This document shows, in pieces, positions 20,190 to 29,625 of a stretch of 64,000 nucleotides of DNA (its first letter is position 1; every line of letters starts with the position of its first letter). A model generated the notes under the pieces. The model searched no databases. It was not told the origin of the DNA and saw only the letters and a list, made by a program, of their open reading frames with translations. A program made the translations under genes and the position numbers. The stretch lies in sequence record NC_070998.1; one strand, 5' to 3'.

Positions 20190-20450
20190 ATGTTGCAGCA
20201 ACTTCATTGCGTCGTTAATAACGATTACACACTTTCTCCTGTCTCTTCTCCTGTTAGTAATGGTGTAATTGTTTCCCTAGCGGTTAGTTCTGATCCAGTG
20301 GGTGGAACAACAGGTGTCTTGAGTTGGAATAACCAACCGCAAGCATTTATAGTTTACGATCTTACTGGGACTCGCATCAATGGTTACACCCCTGTAAGTA
20401 CTGATCCTGTTACCATTAGATCAATTGACAATATCATTCAGTCTTTGTAA
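20190..20450 (+). CDS. hypothetical protein
   Basis: 86-aa ORF followed by hairpin. Confidence 0.6.
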   Translation: MLQQLHCVVNNDYTLSPVSSPVSNGVIVSLAVSSDPVGGTTGVLSWNNQPQAFIVYDLTGTRINGYTPVSTDPVTIRSIDNIIQSL

Positions 20451-20468
20451 TGTTAAGTGTAAAGGTTA

Positions 20469-20504
20469 AACTCTAGAGCTGACCAAGTGGTCAGCTCTAG
20501 AGTT
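20469..20504. terminator. hairpin terminator
   Basis: aactctagagctgacc-aagt-ggtcagctctagagtt. Confidence 0.8.
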
Positions 20505-20536
20505 ATGTTTATCCAAAGTCTAGTTAAGGAATATTT

Positions 20537-20785
20537 ATGAATTATAACAAAGTGCGTTCTTATTCTAAATCGTTTCTAACTACCAAGGTTGGAAATACCT
20601 CTGTCCAAGTCACTAGATTAATAACTGGTGTGTTCTCTTTTGATGTTTGGTTTAATCCGACCCAGACAGACGTCTGTTATAATGTCGGGTTTGAGTTTGA
20701 AGCTAAACCCAGTAGGGAGAAAGTTTATAACCTCTTTATGGAAACCATCACGGCGGATTATGATAGTTTTTCCAGACGAAATTAA
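20537..20785 (+). CDS. hypothetical protein
   Basis: ORF with SD aagga. Confidence 0.65.
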   Translation: MNYNKVRSYSKSFLTTKVGNTSVQVTRLITGVFSFDVWFNPTQTDVCYNVGFEFEAKPSREKVYNLFMETITADYDSFSRRN

Positions 20786-21224
20786 AATAGTTGTAGAAGA
20801 TTTTCTTAAACAACTTCGAAAAGGCAGGACTAAAGGTAGACTATTAACTTTATTTCATAGTTGCATAAAAGAAGTGTTATACAACTATGAGAAGTTGGAA
20901 AACGTTATTAGTGTTAAATCATCTTTTAACTACAAAGTTAATCTAGGTGAAAAAGAAACTTTGACCCTAACCTTTGGTTTCTCCCAAGGTAAACGTCACG
21001 TTAGTGCTAACTTTGTGTTAGGTGTTCAAACATTTGGGTTTAGAGATGTGTTGGGGCAATGGACCCTAGAGGGTATTTTATCTGAAATTAGAAGACAGCT
21101 TGATTTAAGAGCTATCGTTAGAAAAGAAAAGTTCTTTAATATAATCTCTACTCATGTTCGTGGTAATAAGGAACAACTTGATCACTTATTGCACAGGTTC
21201 AATAATAACTTAAACATATTCTAG
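20760..21224 (+). CDS. hypothetical protein
   Basis: ORF 20628..21224; ATG at 20760 is the more plausible start. Confidence 0.6.
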   Translation: MIVFPDEIKIVVEDFLKQLRKGRTKGRLLTLFHSCIKEVLYNYEKLENVISVKSSFNYKVNLGEKETLTLTFGFSQGKRHVSANFVLGVQTFGFRDVLGQWTLEGILSEIRRQLDLRAIVRKEKFFNIISTHVRGNKEQLDHLLHRFNNNLNIF

Positions 21225-21233
21225 GGGTAAGAA

Positions 21234-21413
21234 ATGGGAACCACTGTCATATACGAAAGAGAAGAGATTGTATTAAACTTTGAAAAGTTCACTTTGGTTA
21301 AAGTGGAAACTGACAAAGGTACTTATCAGTCTAGTCTACGTGGACACAATCATAGCCACGATAAATTAAAACGTACTGCACAAGGTATTGTTCAGTATGT
21401 AAACAGACATTAA
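21234..21413 (+). CDS. 59-aa hypothetical protein (not in ORF track)
   Basis: SD ctaggggt, MGTTVIYERE...YVNRH*, fills the gap before ligase exactly. Confidence 0.65.
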   Translation: MGTTVIYEREEIVLNFEKFTLVKVETDKGTYQSSLRGHNHSHDKLKRTAQGIVQYVNRH

Positions 21414-21422
21414 GAGGTTAAT

Positions 21423-23360
21423 ATGAAAAACGGTATAAAAGAGCTTCTTGAATTGGAGGCTAAAATTCGTTATCACGACTATCTGTACTTTGTTGCTGAT
21501 AAACCCTCTATTTCTGATACGGAATATGATCAACTAGTCTATAGACGTGAGGAACTACTTAAAGAGAATCCTGGATATCGCCCCGGATTACCACCAGGTT
21601 TTATCGAGGACGCCAGTGGTTTGAAAACCGTTGTTATTGATGAACCTATGATTTCGGTGGTTAAGAAGAAAACACGTGACGATATTGAACTGTGGCGTAA
21701 ACGCAATGTAAAGGGCACTGTGAGTTACGAAGAGAAATTGGATGGATTGTCCATCCGACTAGTTTATCGTTACGGTAAGCTCGTGCAGGGTCATTTAAGG
21801 GGGACTGGATTAGAGGGAACTGACGTTACTCACCGCCTTCATATGTTGCGAGATGTACCTACCGAGATCCCTGAGTATAAAGACATACCCTATTTCAAAG
21901 TAACGGGTGAAGGATACTGTACTTATAAGGATCTTCTTGATTACTGTGAACAGTGGGATCTTGATCCTAAGGAAACAGAAAGTAGAACAACTTGTTCGGG
22001 GATCATGAAGCGTCTTTATCCTAGTGAGAGGGATACGCTTTATTTATACTTTAAAGCCTACAATGTAAGTAAGGTACTAAGGGATAAGGTCAAGACTTAC
22101 CCAGAGCTTCGTGAACTGATGGTTAATATGGGATTTGATATCCCAATGCCGTTTAATGGAAGTCTGCTCAATGAGTTGTTCTCATTAAAGGAGAAGCCTA
22201 ATTTCGGTTACGCCATTGATGGGATCGTCGTTAAGGATGATGACCTAAGTGTTTGGAAAGATGACAAGATGCAAGGTTATTGGAATTACGCGGCTTGTTA
22301 TAAGTTCCCTACTGCTTCAATGACCACCACCCTGATCGGTGTAGAATGGGGATTGACTACCAAAGGTTATTTAACAGGAACTTTAATTTACGAACCTGTT
22401 AACTACGACGGTACTACATTAAGACGTGCTAAATTCGATTATCCGGATAAGTACATCAAAGATGGTTTACGAATTGGGAGCGTGATTCAGATTACTAAGT
22501 CTAATGAAATCATACCCAACATAATTGGGATGAAGGAAGCTGGAACTGGTAAGAAGGTGGAATTCCCTAAATTCTGTCCATGTTGTAATCAGCCTGTAGT
22601 AGTAGAATCACCCAGCATGGTTCGTTGCGTTAACGATAGCTGTGTAGGGCTACTAATCTCTCATTTGGAGCGTCTGGGTGAGAAAAAGGGTCTGAATATA
22701 CTTGGTCTGGGAAGTGCTCGTATAACAGCTCTGGTGGACGCTGGTTACTTGTCAGAACCTAGTGACATCTTCAAGATCACTTTTGAAGATTATATCAAGT
22801 TGGATTTGGTTGATGAGAACACTGCAAGATCAATTGTTGATCAAGTAGAGAACTCAAGTAAACTCTCTTTACAGAACTGGATCTTTGCGGCCTGTATTAC
22901 TAATATCGGATATGTCCGTGCTGGAGAACTGGCTGATCAACAGGGGGTGTTGTTTACTGAATTAAATACTTTCTTAGCCGCCATGAAGGATCAAAAGGTA
23001 ATGGAAGAACTTTTTGGTTTAGATGGTGTTGTGGCTTGCGAGTATGTAAACAACAATGAAAACGAGTTGGTTAATTTCTTTATTCATTACGATTTTGATA
23101 AGGAGATTAAAGTAGAAGACAAATTAATTCCAATTGGTATTACTGGATCTTGGAATATCACTCGTGATCAGTTAACAGAACAACTAACAGAAGCTGGTTA
23201 TGAGCTTGCTGATAAAGTAAGTAAAAGTATCACTAAACTGTTAGTTGGTAAAGCACCTAGCCCAGGTAAGATTGCTAAAGCAGAGAAATGGAATATTCCT
23301 GTAATAGAAATTACACCAATGACTACCTTCGATCAGATCGTAAAGAAATTGAGAGGTTAA
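21423..23360 (+). CDS. ligA: NAD+-dependent DNA ligase
   Basis: YxxDxPxISDxEYD domain Ia, EEKLDG motif I, DGIVVK, C4 Zn finger, HhH repeats, C-terminal BRCT. Confidence 0.95.
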   Translation: MKNGIKELLELEAKIRYHDYLYFVADKPSISDTEYDQLVYRREELLKENPGYRPGLPPGFIEDASGLKTVVIDEPMISVVKKKTRDDIELWRKRNVKGTVSYEEKLDGLSIRLVYRYGKLVQGHLRGTGLEGTDVTHRLHMLRDVPTEIPEYKDIPYFKVTGEGYCTYKDLLDYCEQWDLDPKETESRTTCSGIMKRLYPSERDTLYLYFKAYNVSKVLRDKVKTYPELRELMVNMGFDIPMPFNGSLLNELFSLKEKPNFGYAIDGIVVKDDDLSVWKDDKMQGYWNYAACYKFPTASMTTTLIGVEWGLTTKGYLTGTLIYEPVNYDGTTLRRAKFDYPDKYIKDGLRIGSVIQITKSNEIIPNIIGMKEAGTGKKVEFPKFCPCCNQPVVVESPSMVRCVNDSCVGLLISHLERLGEKKGLNILGLGSARITALVDAGYLSEPSDIFKITFEDYIKLDLVDENTARSIVDQVENSSKLSLQNWIFAACITNIGYVRAGELADQQGVLFTELNTFLAAMKDQKVMEELFGLDGVVACEYVNNNENELVNFFIHYDFDKEIKVEDKLIPIGITGSWNITRDQLTEQLTEAGYELADKVSKSITKLLVGKAPSPGKIAKAEKWNIPVIEITPMTTFDQIVKKLRG

Positions 23361-23361
23361 A

Positions 23362-23868
23362 ATGCAATTAGTTATTTCTGCTTTTCCAGGTTGTGGTAAA
23401 TCAAGTATCTTTAATAATGGTGAGGAATACAATTTAGTTCCTGTCCAGTTTAATAAGGATTTGCTTGAACTAGGTAAGATCGAGCATAAGGAAGGGCAAA
23501 CTTTAGTTTTTGATTCCGATAGTTCTAATTTTGATAAAGCGCATTTCCCAGGTAACTACATTAGTTATATTAAGTCACTATTGGAAATGTTTGAAGATGT
23601 TGTTATTTTTGTTTCATCCCATATTGGTGTAAGGGAAGCTCTTGCTGAAGCCGGTGTGGAATATGTTCTTGTATATCCAGAACCTTATTTGAAACAACAA
23701 TATCTTGATCGTTATGTGAAACGTGGTTCTCCAGAGGGGTTTATTAAACTACTGGATGACAAGTGGTTGGAATGGTTAGATTCTTGCGATAAGGACGAGA
23801 ATGCCATTAGTCATTATAAATTGTCCAGTGGTCAGTATCTAAGTGACCTGTTTGAAGACTTTAAATAA
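23362..23868 (+). CDS. P-loop NTPase / nucleotide kinase-like protein
   Basis: VISAFPGCGKS Walker A. Confidence 0.7.
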   Translation: MQLVISAFPGCGKSSIFNNGEEYNLVPVQFNKDLLELGKIEHKEGQTLVFDSDSSNFDKAHFPGNYISYIKSLLEMFEDVVIFVSSHIGVREALAEAGVEYVLVYPEPYLKQQYLDRYVKRGSPEGFIKLLDDKWLEWLDSCDKDENAISHYKLSSGQYLSDLFEDFK

Positions 23869-23873
23869 GTTAT

Positions 23874-23902
23874 ACCTTACACTCCTAGCTGGAGTGTAAG
23901 GT
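23874..23902. terminator. hairpin terminator
   Basis: accttacactcc-tagct-ggagtgtaaggt. Confidence 0.75.
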
Positions 23903-23965
23903 TATTTATTTGTTTACTGTAGCAACTTTATATGAAAGTAATCAATTTATTCTAGGAGAAGGTAA

Positions 23966-25477
23966 ATGGACGGAGCATTAATGGTACATCTTATTTTTAA
24001 AGAAGACGTCACTGAGAAACGTGTAGAGTTTTTGACATCAGCTTTAGAGCAGTCTGATAACGTCAGGGTATACGATTACATTCAAGAACAATTGAAGCTT
24101 GATCCTGAGTTTGTAGCTTATGACTATTTGGAATACTGGGATGGTCGTGCCGATATTCATTATATCATTGATAAGTATGTTATTGACACTAAAGGTAATT
24201 ATTACTTAAATAATAACGGCATTTGTTCTCCACTAAAGGATAAAGAGAATAAGTGGGGAAAGTGGGTAGCTATAAACCAGAAATGCGAATATTTTCAAAC
24301 CCGCCGCATTGTTGCTAGTATGTATGTGCCTAAATCAGATAGTATCTTATTTATTCCATATTGGAAATTGGACGTAAAATATAAGGATGGGGATAGTAAA
24401 AATAAAAACTTTGACAACCTTGACTGGAGTGAAATAAAAGAAGGAAAAGATTATTTAGCTAGTTTACCTAAAACTTTAACTGAAATCCTTGGGTTAAAGT
24501 ATGATGAAACAATGAGTTACGAAGAACGTGTTCAAAAGCGTTACAATTACGTTAAAGAGCAATTGGAACTAGATCCTAACTATGAAGGTTGGGATGTGGT
24601 GGAATTTATTAGCGGTGGAATTTATCTAAAACACTTAGTGTGTTTTAATTACCTAATTTCTACCTCTGGTAGGGTTTTAACGACCGATAAAGACGAAAGA
24701 GGATATAAAATACTAACTGGAACGGTTGGTACGGATGAGTATAAGTTCCAAAATTTTCGCGTGAATAAAGATAGACATCGTTGTACTATACACCGTGCAG
24801 TATCTTCCACGTTTATTTACAAACCACCGCACTACCAACAAAAATTAAATCGCCTGGTTGTTAACCACAAAGATTTAGACAAATTAAATAATCATTTTAC
24901 TAATCTTGAATGGTGTACTACTAAAGAGAATGTCCGACATAGAGTTTTGGGATATCAGGCGACGAATATCTATTTCAATACAATCTTCGAAGGGACAGTA
25001 GAAATAGATTGTAAATATAAAGGTGTTAAGTTTAAAGTTTTTGGCGGTGAAGGTTTGGAGAGTATAGGGTTAGGACCTAATACTTTAAGTGGGGTATTTA
25101 CAAAAGGATATGAACTTTCATTTGGGTGTAGCTGGAAGATAATAAACCAAGAAGAAGCTGATAGACTTCCGGATATTCCTGAGTTTATTAAGGGCAAACT
25201 TCTTAATGATAGAAGTTTTATGGACTACCGCATTAAACCTACGAAGGGAACTGTTGTTAAGGACTGTGAATTTAAGGACCTGGAGTTTGTTATATTCGGT
25301 AGGAGAGAGTTTGTTGGATCTGGTTTTGACCAAGGGTCTGTAGGTAAGGCAATGAAAACTGATACTTTACACCAGGGGTGTAAGTGGGAGTTTATTACTA
25401 GAGATGAGGCTGAACTGTTACCAAGAGGACTAACTAAAGAACAAATGAAAACTATTATTACTAAAAGATGGCCTTAA
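23966..25477 (+). CDS. HNH homing endonuclease with duplicated N-terminal module
   Basis: HRAVSSTF...VVNHKDLDKLNNHFTNLEWCT; earlier degenerate copy; two C-terminal FxxFG...GCxW repeats. Confidence 0.85.
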   Translation: MDGALMVHLIFKEDVTEKRVEFLTSALEQSDNVRVYDYIQEQLKLDPEFVAYDYLEYWDGRADIHYIIDKYVIDTKGNYYLNNNGICSPLKDKENKWGKWVAINQKCEYFQTRRIVASMYVPKSDSILFIPYWKLDVKYKDGDSKNKNFDNLDWSEIKEGKDYLASLPKTLTEILGLKYDETMSYEERVQKRYNYVKEQLELDPNYEGWDVVEFISGGIYLKHLVCFNYLISTSGRVLTTDKDERGYKILTGTVGTDEYKFQNFRVNKDRHRCTIHRAVSSTFIYKPPHYQQKLNRLVVNHKDLDKLNNHFTNLEWCTTKENVRHRVLGYQATNIYFNTIFEGTVEIDCKYKGVKFKVFGGEGLESIGLGPNTLSGVFTKGYELSFGCSWKIINQEEADRLPDIPEFIKGKLLNDRSFMDYRIKPTKGTVVKDCEFKDLEFVIFGRREFVGSGFDQGSVGKAMKTDTLHQGCKWEFITRDEAELLPRGLTKEQMKTIITKRWP

Positions 25478-25530
25478 ACCAATTTGGTCATACCCAAGGT
25501 GTAATAGTTTCATTGTCATTGAGGAAAGGT

Positions 25531-26073
25531 ATGGAAAACATGCAATGGGTTTGTTACACAGATGGGAGTTGTCTTGACCAAAACAGTGGAACAGGAGGAA
25601 GTGGCGCGTGGGCATTTCATGCTATTTTTGGGGAATCGATAGTAGAGAAGTCTTGTGGGTACTTTAAGACTACTAATAATAGGATGGAGATATTAGCCAT
25701 TATCTCTTTCCTAGAGGAGTTTCAAGAACCCACTAAGGTTACTATACGAAGTGATTCCCAGTACACCATTGACGCTGTTACTAAATGGATTTACGGTTGG
25801 ATTAAGAATGACTGGGTAACATCTCAAGGACAACCTGTAAAGAACAAAGACTTATTTGAACGATTGTTTAAATTAGTAAAGTTCCATACAGTAAAATTTG
25901 AAAAAGTTAAAGCCCACTCAGGTATTGTTGGTAATGAACGTGCTGATGAATTAGCCAAGGAAGCAGCAGGAAATCCAACATTAGTTGATGAAGGTTATAT
26001 ACCTCCAGATCCTAATGAAGTTAAACCTGTGGTTATAAAGAAACCTTGGTGGTTGAAGTATAAAAAGAAATAA
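25531..26073 (+). CDS. rnhA: ribonuclease HI
   Basis: YTDGSC, TTNNRME, SDSQY, VKAHSG, GNERADELA; start chosen after SD gaggaaagg. Confidence 0.95.
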   Translation: MENMQWVCYTDGSCLDQNSGTGGSGAWAFHAIFGESIVEKSCGYFKTTNNRMEILAIISFLEEFQEPTKVTIRSDSQYTIDAVTKWIYGWIKNDWVTSQGQPVKNKDLFERLFKLVKFHTVKFEKVKAHSGIVGNERADELAKEAAGNPTLVDEGYIPPDPNEVKPVVIKKPWWLKYKKK

Positions 26074-26232
26074 AGTTCACCCAACTCAATAGAGTTGGGT
26101 GAACAATTCATAATAATTTATTTATTTTATATTACATTGACCGAATAAATGACATTGGTAGAACACGATCTTTTTTTTTCTATTACAACTTCAATAAATA
26201 TAGTCCCACCGAAGCGGGGGTAATGTAATTAC
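26068..26232 (+). repeat. left arm of ~165-bp inverted repeat (partner 42825..42987)
   Basis: Manual alignment ~85% identical to the reverse complement of 42825-42987; contains 30-bp palindrome, TATATTAC and UUCG/GAA hairpin. Confidence 0.92.
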
Positions 26233-26272
26233 GTCAATAAAGCACGTAAACCGGTTGAGATGGTTTGGTGAG

Positions 26273-28540
26273 TTAAGGTCTAACGACTGCGCTAGTAGAA
26301 ACCACACCATTTACAATAAAGTTAGCTAGTAAACTAATGGCTCCGTTGTTAATCACTTTCATAACTCCGTTGACTATTTCTAGCGTCAAGTGCCTTGCTA
26401 CCCCATATCCTGCTGCGCTATCTTGTAGAGTCACTAACGTGTTATTCAGGTTTGCGTCGTTAACACCTTGGTAAACGCACTTGTACCTACGCCAGCCCAT
26501 TTGGGACGGGCCTGAGGCGGAAAGCACGCCTATCACGTCAACAAAAAATACGCTGGCATTCGTGACAACTGTATAGATCGGTATAGTTACACTATCCCCA
26601 GCTGCTAGTGTAACTCCACCAATGTCTCTCATAGTGAATTGGTATTCATTTTTGTCTAAAACGCAATCAGTGAATCTTGTGTTTCTGTGTACGAATCTTT
26701 TTAGCGCCATCGTTGAGGACATAGGTGCATTGATCGAGCAATCTACGAAAGTTAAGTCCGAAGAACGGCTTCCATCGGATGCGATCACAGCGATTGGTTT
26801 GTTGAACTTCACACGCTCCGCTAGAAGCCCATGACAGTAATTTATCGCTGCTGAAAACGCACCCCCTCCGTTAATTTCACCATTTCTGAGTGTGATGTTT
26901 CGGTTATTGATCCCAGTGCCATTGTCACCAATAAGTAGCCCGCGTTGCGCCGATGATGTTACTTTGAAATTTTCAACTACCACGTTTTGACTAGCGTTTA
27001 TTTCTAACGTGTCACCATCGGTAGAGCCAACGTGATTTAAAATCTGAACGTTTTTACTTTCGGTTAGAGTAAACCCGATTGCTAACCCGTTGTAAGTCAG
27101 TCCAGTAAATTCGGTATTCGTAGCTACTACAGAATCACATCTGTATAAATGCCACCCGAAACCGTAGGTGTCCCTAACTATAATGTTATTTAGGTTAACC
27201 TTTCTGCAATTTTCAGTGGAACCGCCGCCCGCAAAAAAACCAGATGCGGCTATCCCACCATTAACGAAAGAGTAATTGTCTACACTTACTCTGTCACACG
27301 ATAAAAGATTTAAGCCGACTCTAAACCCATCTATCACATCCACGTTTTCAATTTCAACAGTAGACCACTGCAATGGGCCGCCAGCAGAGTTGCCATTCCC
27401 TAACCACACGCCACCTCCAGATAGATTACCTTTTGTAACAAAATCCTTATTCAAATCTAGTTTTGCGTTTTTTAAAGAGAATTTTTTACTCGATGTAGAG
27501 ACAGTATTATCAAAAAATAGCGGGTGAGTCTGCGAGACTAGCTCAATGGTGTTCAACTGCCCATCTAGTGAGAAATCATTAGCTGGAACTACCTGTCCAG
27601 ATTTGTAAGGTGTCTCCGATTTTTCTAATGTGAAATTTGACAGCTTAGCCCCATATGTTAACGCAGCTGCATTGTTTGTGCTCCCTGAGTCAACACCGAT
27701 TGATTTTGATGAGTTGATTATACCATCTTCATAAACTGCGGTATTTCCATTACCAGCGTCTAAGTACCATAACCCATTAACAGTGCCGCCAGATTGTATA
27801 TGAAATAATCCCAGTGCCTTATCAGTTAGTCTCACATACTGACCAACACCAAATTTACCTGTTGCTAACTCTGCAACCGTAGTGTATTGAGCATCAATAA
27901 AATCCTGAACGCTTCCACCATTTGCACCGGATGTGCCTACTTTCGCTGCGCCGTCCGAGGTTGCTAGTTCGTGCCTTAACAGCGCTCCACTCTTGTCAAC
28001 AAACCCGCCGCCAGTCGGATTCGTACCAGCGGCAACTACACCAGCAGGCCCGGAGAACGCCTTTCCAGTACGCTCTTGTAGTAACACATCGTTAACGTTT
28101 ACCAGCTCGGCACCTTGTTCAAAACTACCTTCAACAAGATCATATCCTGCTTCTTTATAAGTTCTACGAAGTGCTTCTCTTGCTATTACGCGTTCATCCC
28201 TGGTTACAACACCCCATCCTTTCTTACCACCTGGGGTAGGGGAACTATTAGCTGGTACTACATAAGGTAATTTACCGTTCCAACTGTACCAGTATCCATC
28301 CGTTGGGTAAAAGACACATTTATCCCGATCGCCGATACCTAAAGTTCCACCACTAACAAAGTCAAACCCTGCTGGTTTAAAACCCACATCTTTTAAAGCT
28401 TGTTGTACAGTCTTGTGTTGCTTACCAAAACGATCCTGCCACAAAGCAGCAGGTGAATTCATTGCATAGTCAAACGAGATAGCATTATCTTGAAGATCAA
28501 GTTGATCATCGCTTCCTATGGGGTTTTGCGTAAAGTGCAT
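26273..28540 (-). CDS. tailspike / receptor-binding protein A (beta-helix, putative polysaccharide depolymerase)
   Basis: NPIGSDD..DRFG anchor, Tail_spike_N-like modules, REALRRTY box, right-handed beta-helix repeats. Confidence 0.88.
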   Translation of the reverse strand: MHFTQNPIGSDDQLDLQDNAISFDYAMNSPAALWQDRFGKQHKTVQQALKDVGFKPAGFDFVSGGTLGIGDRDKCVFYPTDGYWYSWNGKLPYVVPANSSPTPGGKKGWGVVTRDERVIAREALRRTYKEAGYDLVEGSFEQGAELVNVNDVLLQERTGKAFSGPAGVVAAGTNPTGGGFVDKSGALLRHELATSDGAAKVGTSGANGGSVQDFIDAQYTTVAELATGKFGVGQYVRLTDKALGLFHIQSGGTVNGLWYLDAGNGNTAVYEDGIINSSKSIGVDSGSTNNAAALTYGAKLSNFTLEKSETPYKSGQVVPANDFSLDGQLNTIELVSQTHPLFFDNTVSTSSKKFSLKNAKLDLNKDFVTKGNLSGGGVWLGNGNSAGGPLQWSTVEIENVDVIDGFRVGLNLLSCDRVSVDNYSFVNGGIAASGFFAGGGSTENCRKVNLNNIIVRDTYGFGWHLYRCDSVVATNTEFTGLTYNGLAIGFTLTESKNVQILNHVGSTDGDTLEINASQNVVVENFKVTSSAQRGLLIGDNGTGINNRNITLRNGEINGGGAFSAAINYCHGLLAERVKFNKPIAVIASDGSRSSDLTFVDCSINAPMSSTMALKRFVHRNTRFTDCVLDKNEYQFTMRDIGGVTLAAGDSVTIPIYTVVTNASVFFVDVIGVLSASGPSQMGWRRYKCVYQGVNDANLNNTLVTLQDSAAGYGVARHLTLEIVNGVMKVINNGAISLLANFIVNGVVSTSAVVRP
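27995..28183 (-). repeat. conserved 189-bp tailspike junction box, copy A
   Basis: ~76% nt identical to 37212-37400 (manual count), first 27 nt identical. Confidence 0.9.
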
Positions 28541-28650
28541 ATTAACCTCTTTAATTAATAGGGTGGTGAAAGAAGACTTTTCTGCTTCTTAAAATCAGTT
28601 CATAACATCCCATAAAAGATTATCGGATTCTCTATTCTGTCAAATAAAAT

Positions 28651-28682
28651 ATCTCTCCTAGCCTTAATTGGTTAGGAGAGAT
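28651..28682. terminator. hairpin between divergent units
   Basis: atctctcctagcc-ttaatt-ggttaggagagat. Confidence 0.65.
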
Positions 28683-28713
28683 TATGTTTATAATAATTAA
28701 AAATTTACTGTGT

Positions 28714-28740
28714 TCTATATTTTTTCAGATAGATATTATT
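28714..28740 (+). promoter_or_regulatory. early promoter motif
   Basis: tctatattttttcagata-GATATTAT (core 28732-28739). Confidence 0.6.
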
Positions 28741-28787
28741 AAGATGTATAAACCAAGTAAGTCATTCAATAGTCTAGGAGAAAATAT

Positions 28788-29159
28788 ATGCGTTTTAAAC
28801 ATGAATCTTTAATGAAAGTAAAGAAAATTTTAATGACCCGTGTAAGTTATATTATTAACTTGCAAATTCGTAATGGTGAAAAAGCTGTTGATCTTTCAAC
28901 CAAGTACAATATAAACCCCACCACTATCTCTGAACTGAAACATCAGAAATTAGAAAAGATGAGTCTCGATCGATTGATCACTTGTGCCGATAAAATGGGA
29001 TTAGAATACTCCATTGGGATCACAAACTTTAATGGTTATAAAACTGTAGATATTTCTTTACCCAAATATGACAACGATCCTGTAATAAGGCAAATCGATA
29101 TGAAACGTCATCAGCACAAACATGATTCTAGCAACAAAGTAACAACTCGAGCGGTATAA
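28788..29159 (+). CDS. XRE-family (HigA-like) helix-turn-helix protein
   Basis: AVDLSTKYNINPTTISELKHQKLEKMSLDRLI pattern. Confidence 0.7.
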   Translation: MRFKHESLMKVKKILMTRVSYIINLQIRNGEKAVDLSTKYNINPTTISELKHQKLEKMSLDRLITCADKMGLEYSIGITNFNGYKTVDISLPKYDNDPVIRQIDMKRHQHKHDSSNKVTTRAV

Positions 29160-29163
29160 ATAG

Positions 29164-29469
29164 ATGATCAAAGAAATTCTGTCAAATAGTGAATGTGTAG
29201 AAAAGCAGTTGTTGAAAACCTTCCCTAATTTCAATCAAGAGTTTCCAGAGGAGTTACAACTCACTTTGATCAACATGATCAAACATGATGAAACAGTTAC
29301 CGTCTTCCCTAATACAGTGGAAGTTAAAAATAGCTCTTTCAAAGAGTTGGTAATTAAAATCTGTAAGGAGTGGATTATTTTTATCACTGAAGAGTTGAAT
29401 GACTATACTTGCTTTTACCGACAAACTAATTTGGATAAAATCAAATCTTTTATTAGTTTACACAGTTAA
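29164..29469 (+). CDS. hypothetical protein
   Basis: 101-aa ORF in early run. Confidence 0.65.
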   Translation: MIKEILSNSECVEKQLLKTFPNFNQEFPEELQLTLINMIKHDETVTVFPNTVEVKNSSFKELVIKICKEWIIFITEELNDYTCFYRQTNLDKIKSFISLHS

Positions 29470-29517
29470 TAAAGACTCTTGGTGAAATTATTAGCTAAAC
29501 ATCAGGAGGTTTGTTAA

Positions 29518-29616
29518 ATGAAATTAACAAAGCGTTCTGGATTGGTGATTGTAATTACAATCACCTTCTGGGTTATAACTGGGATAGTTGGTTACCAACT
29601 TTATCAACAAGGGTAA
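29518..29616 (+). CDS. 32-aa single-TM peptide (not in ORF track)
   Basis: Strong SD aggagg; MKLTKRSGLVIVITITFWVITGIVGYQLYQQG*. Confidence 0.65.
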   Translation: MKLTKRSGLVIVITITFWVITGIVGYQLYQQG

Positions 29617-29625
29617 GGGAACATT

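Noticed and set aside
26136-26165. Sigma70 promoter TTGAC(A/C)-N16-TAGAAC in the inverted repeats
   Set aside because: Suboptimal spacing and weak -10; the overlapping TATATTAC phage motif explains the conservation better, though it is not excluded.
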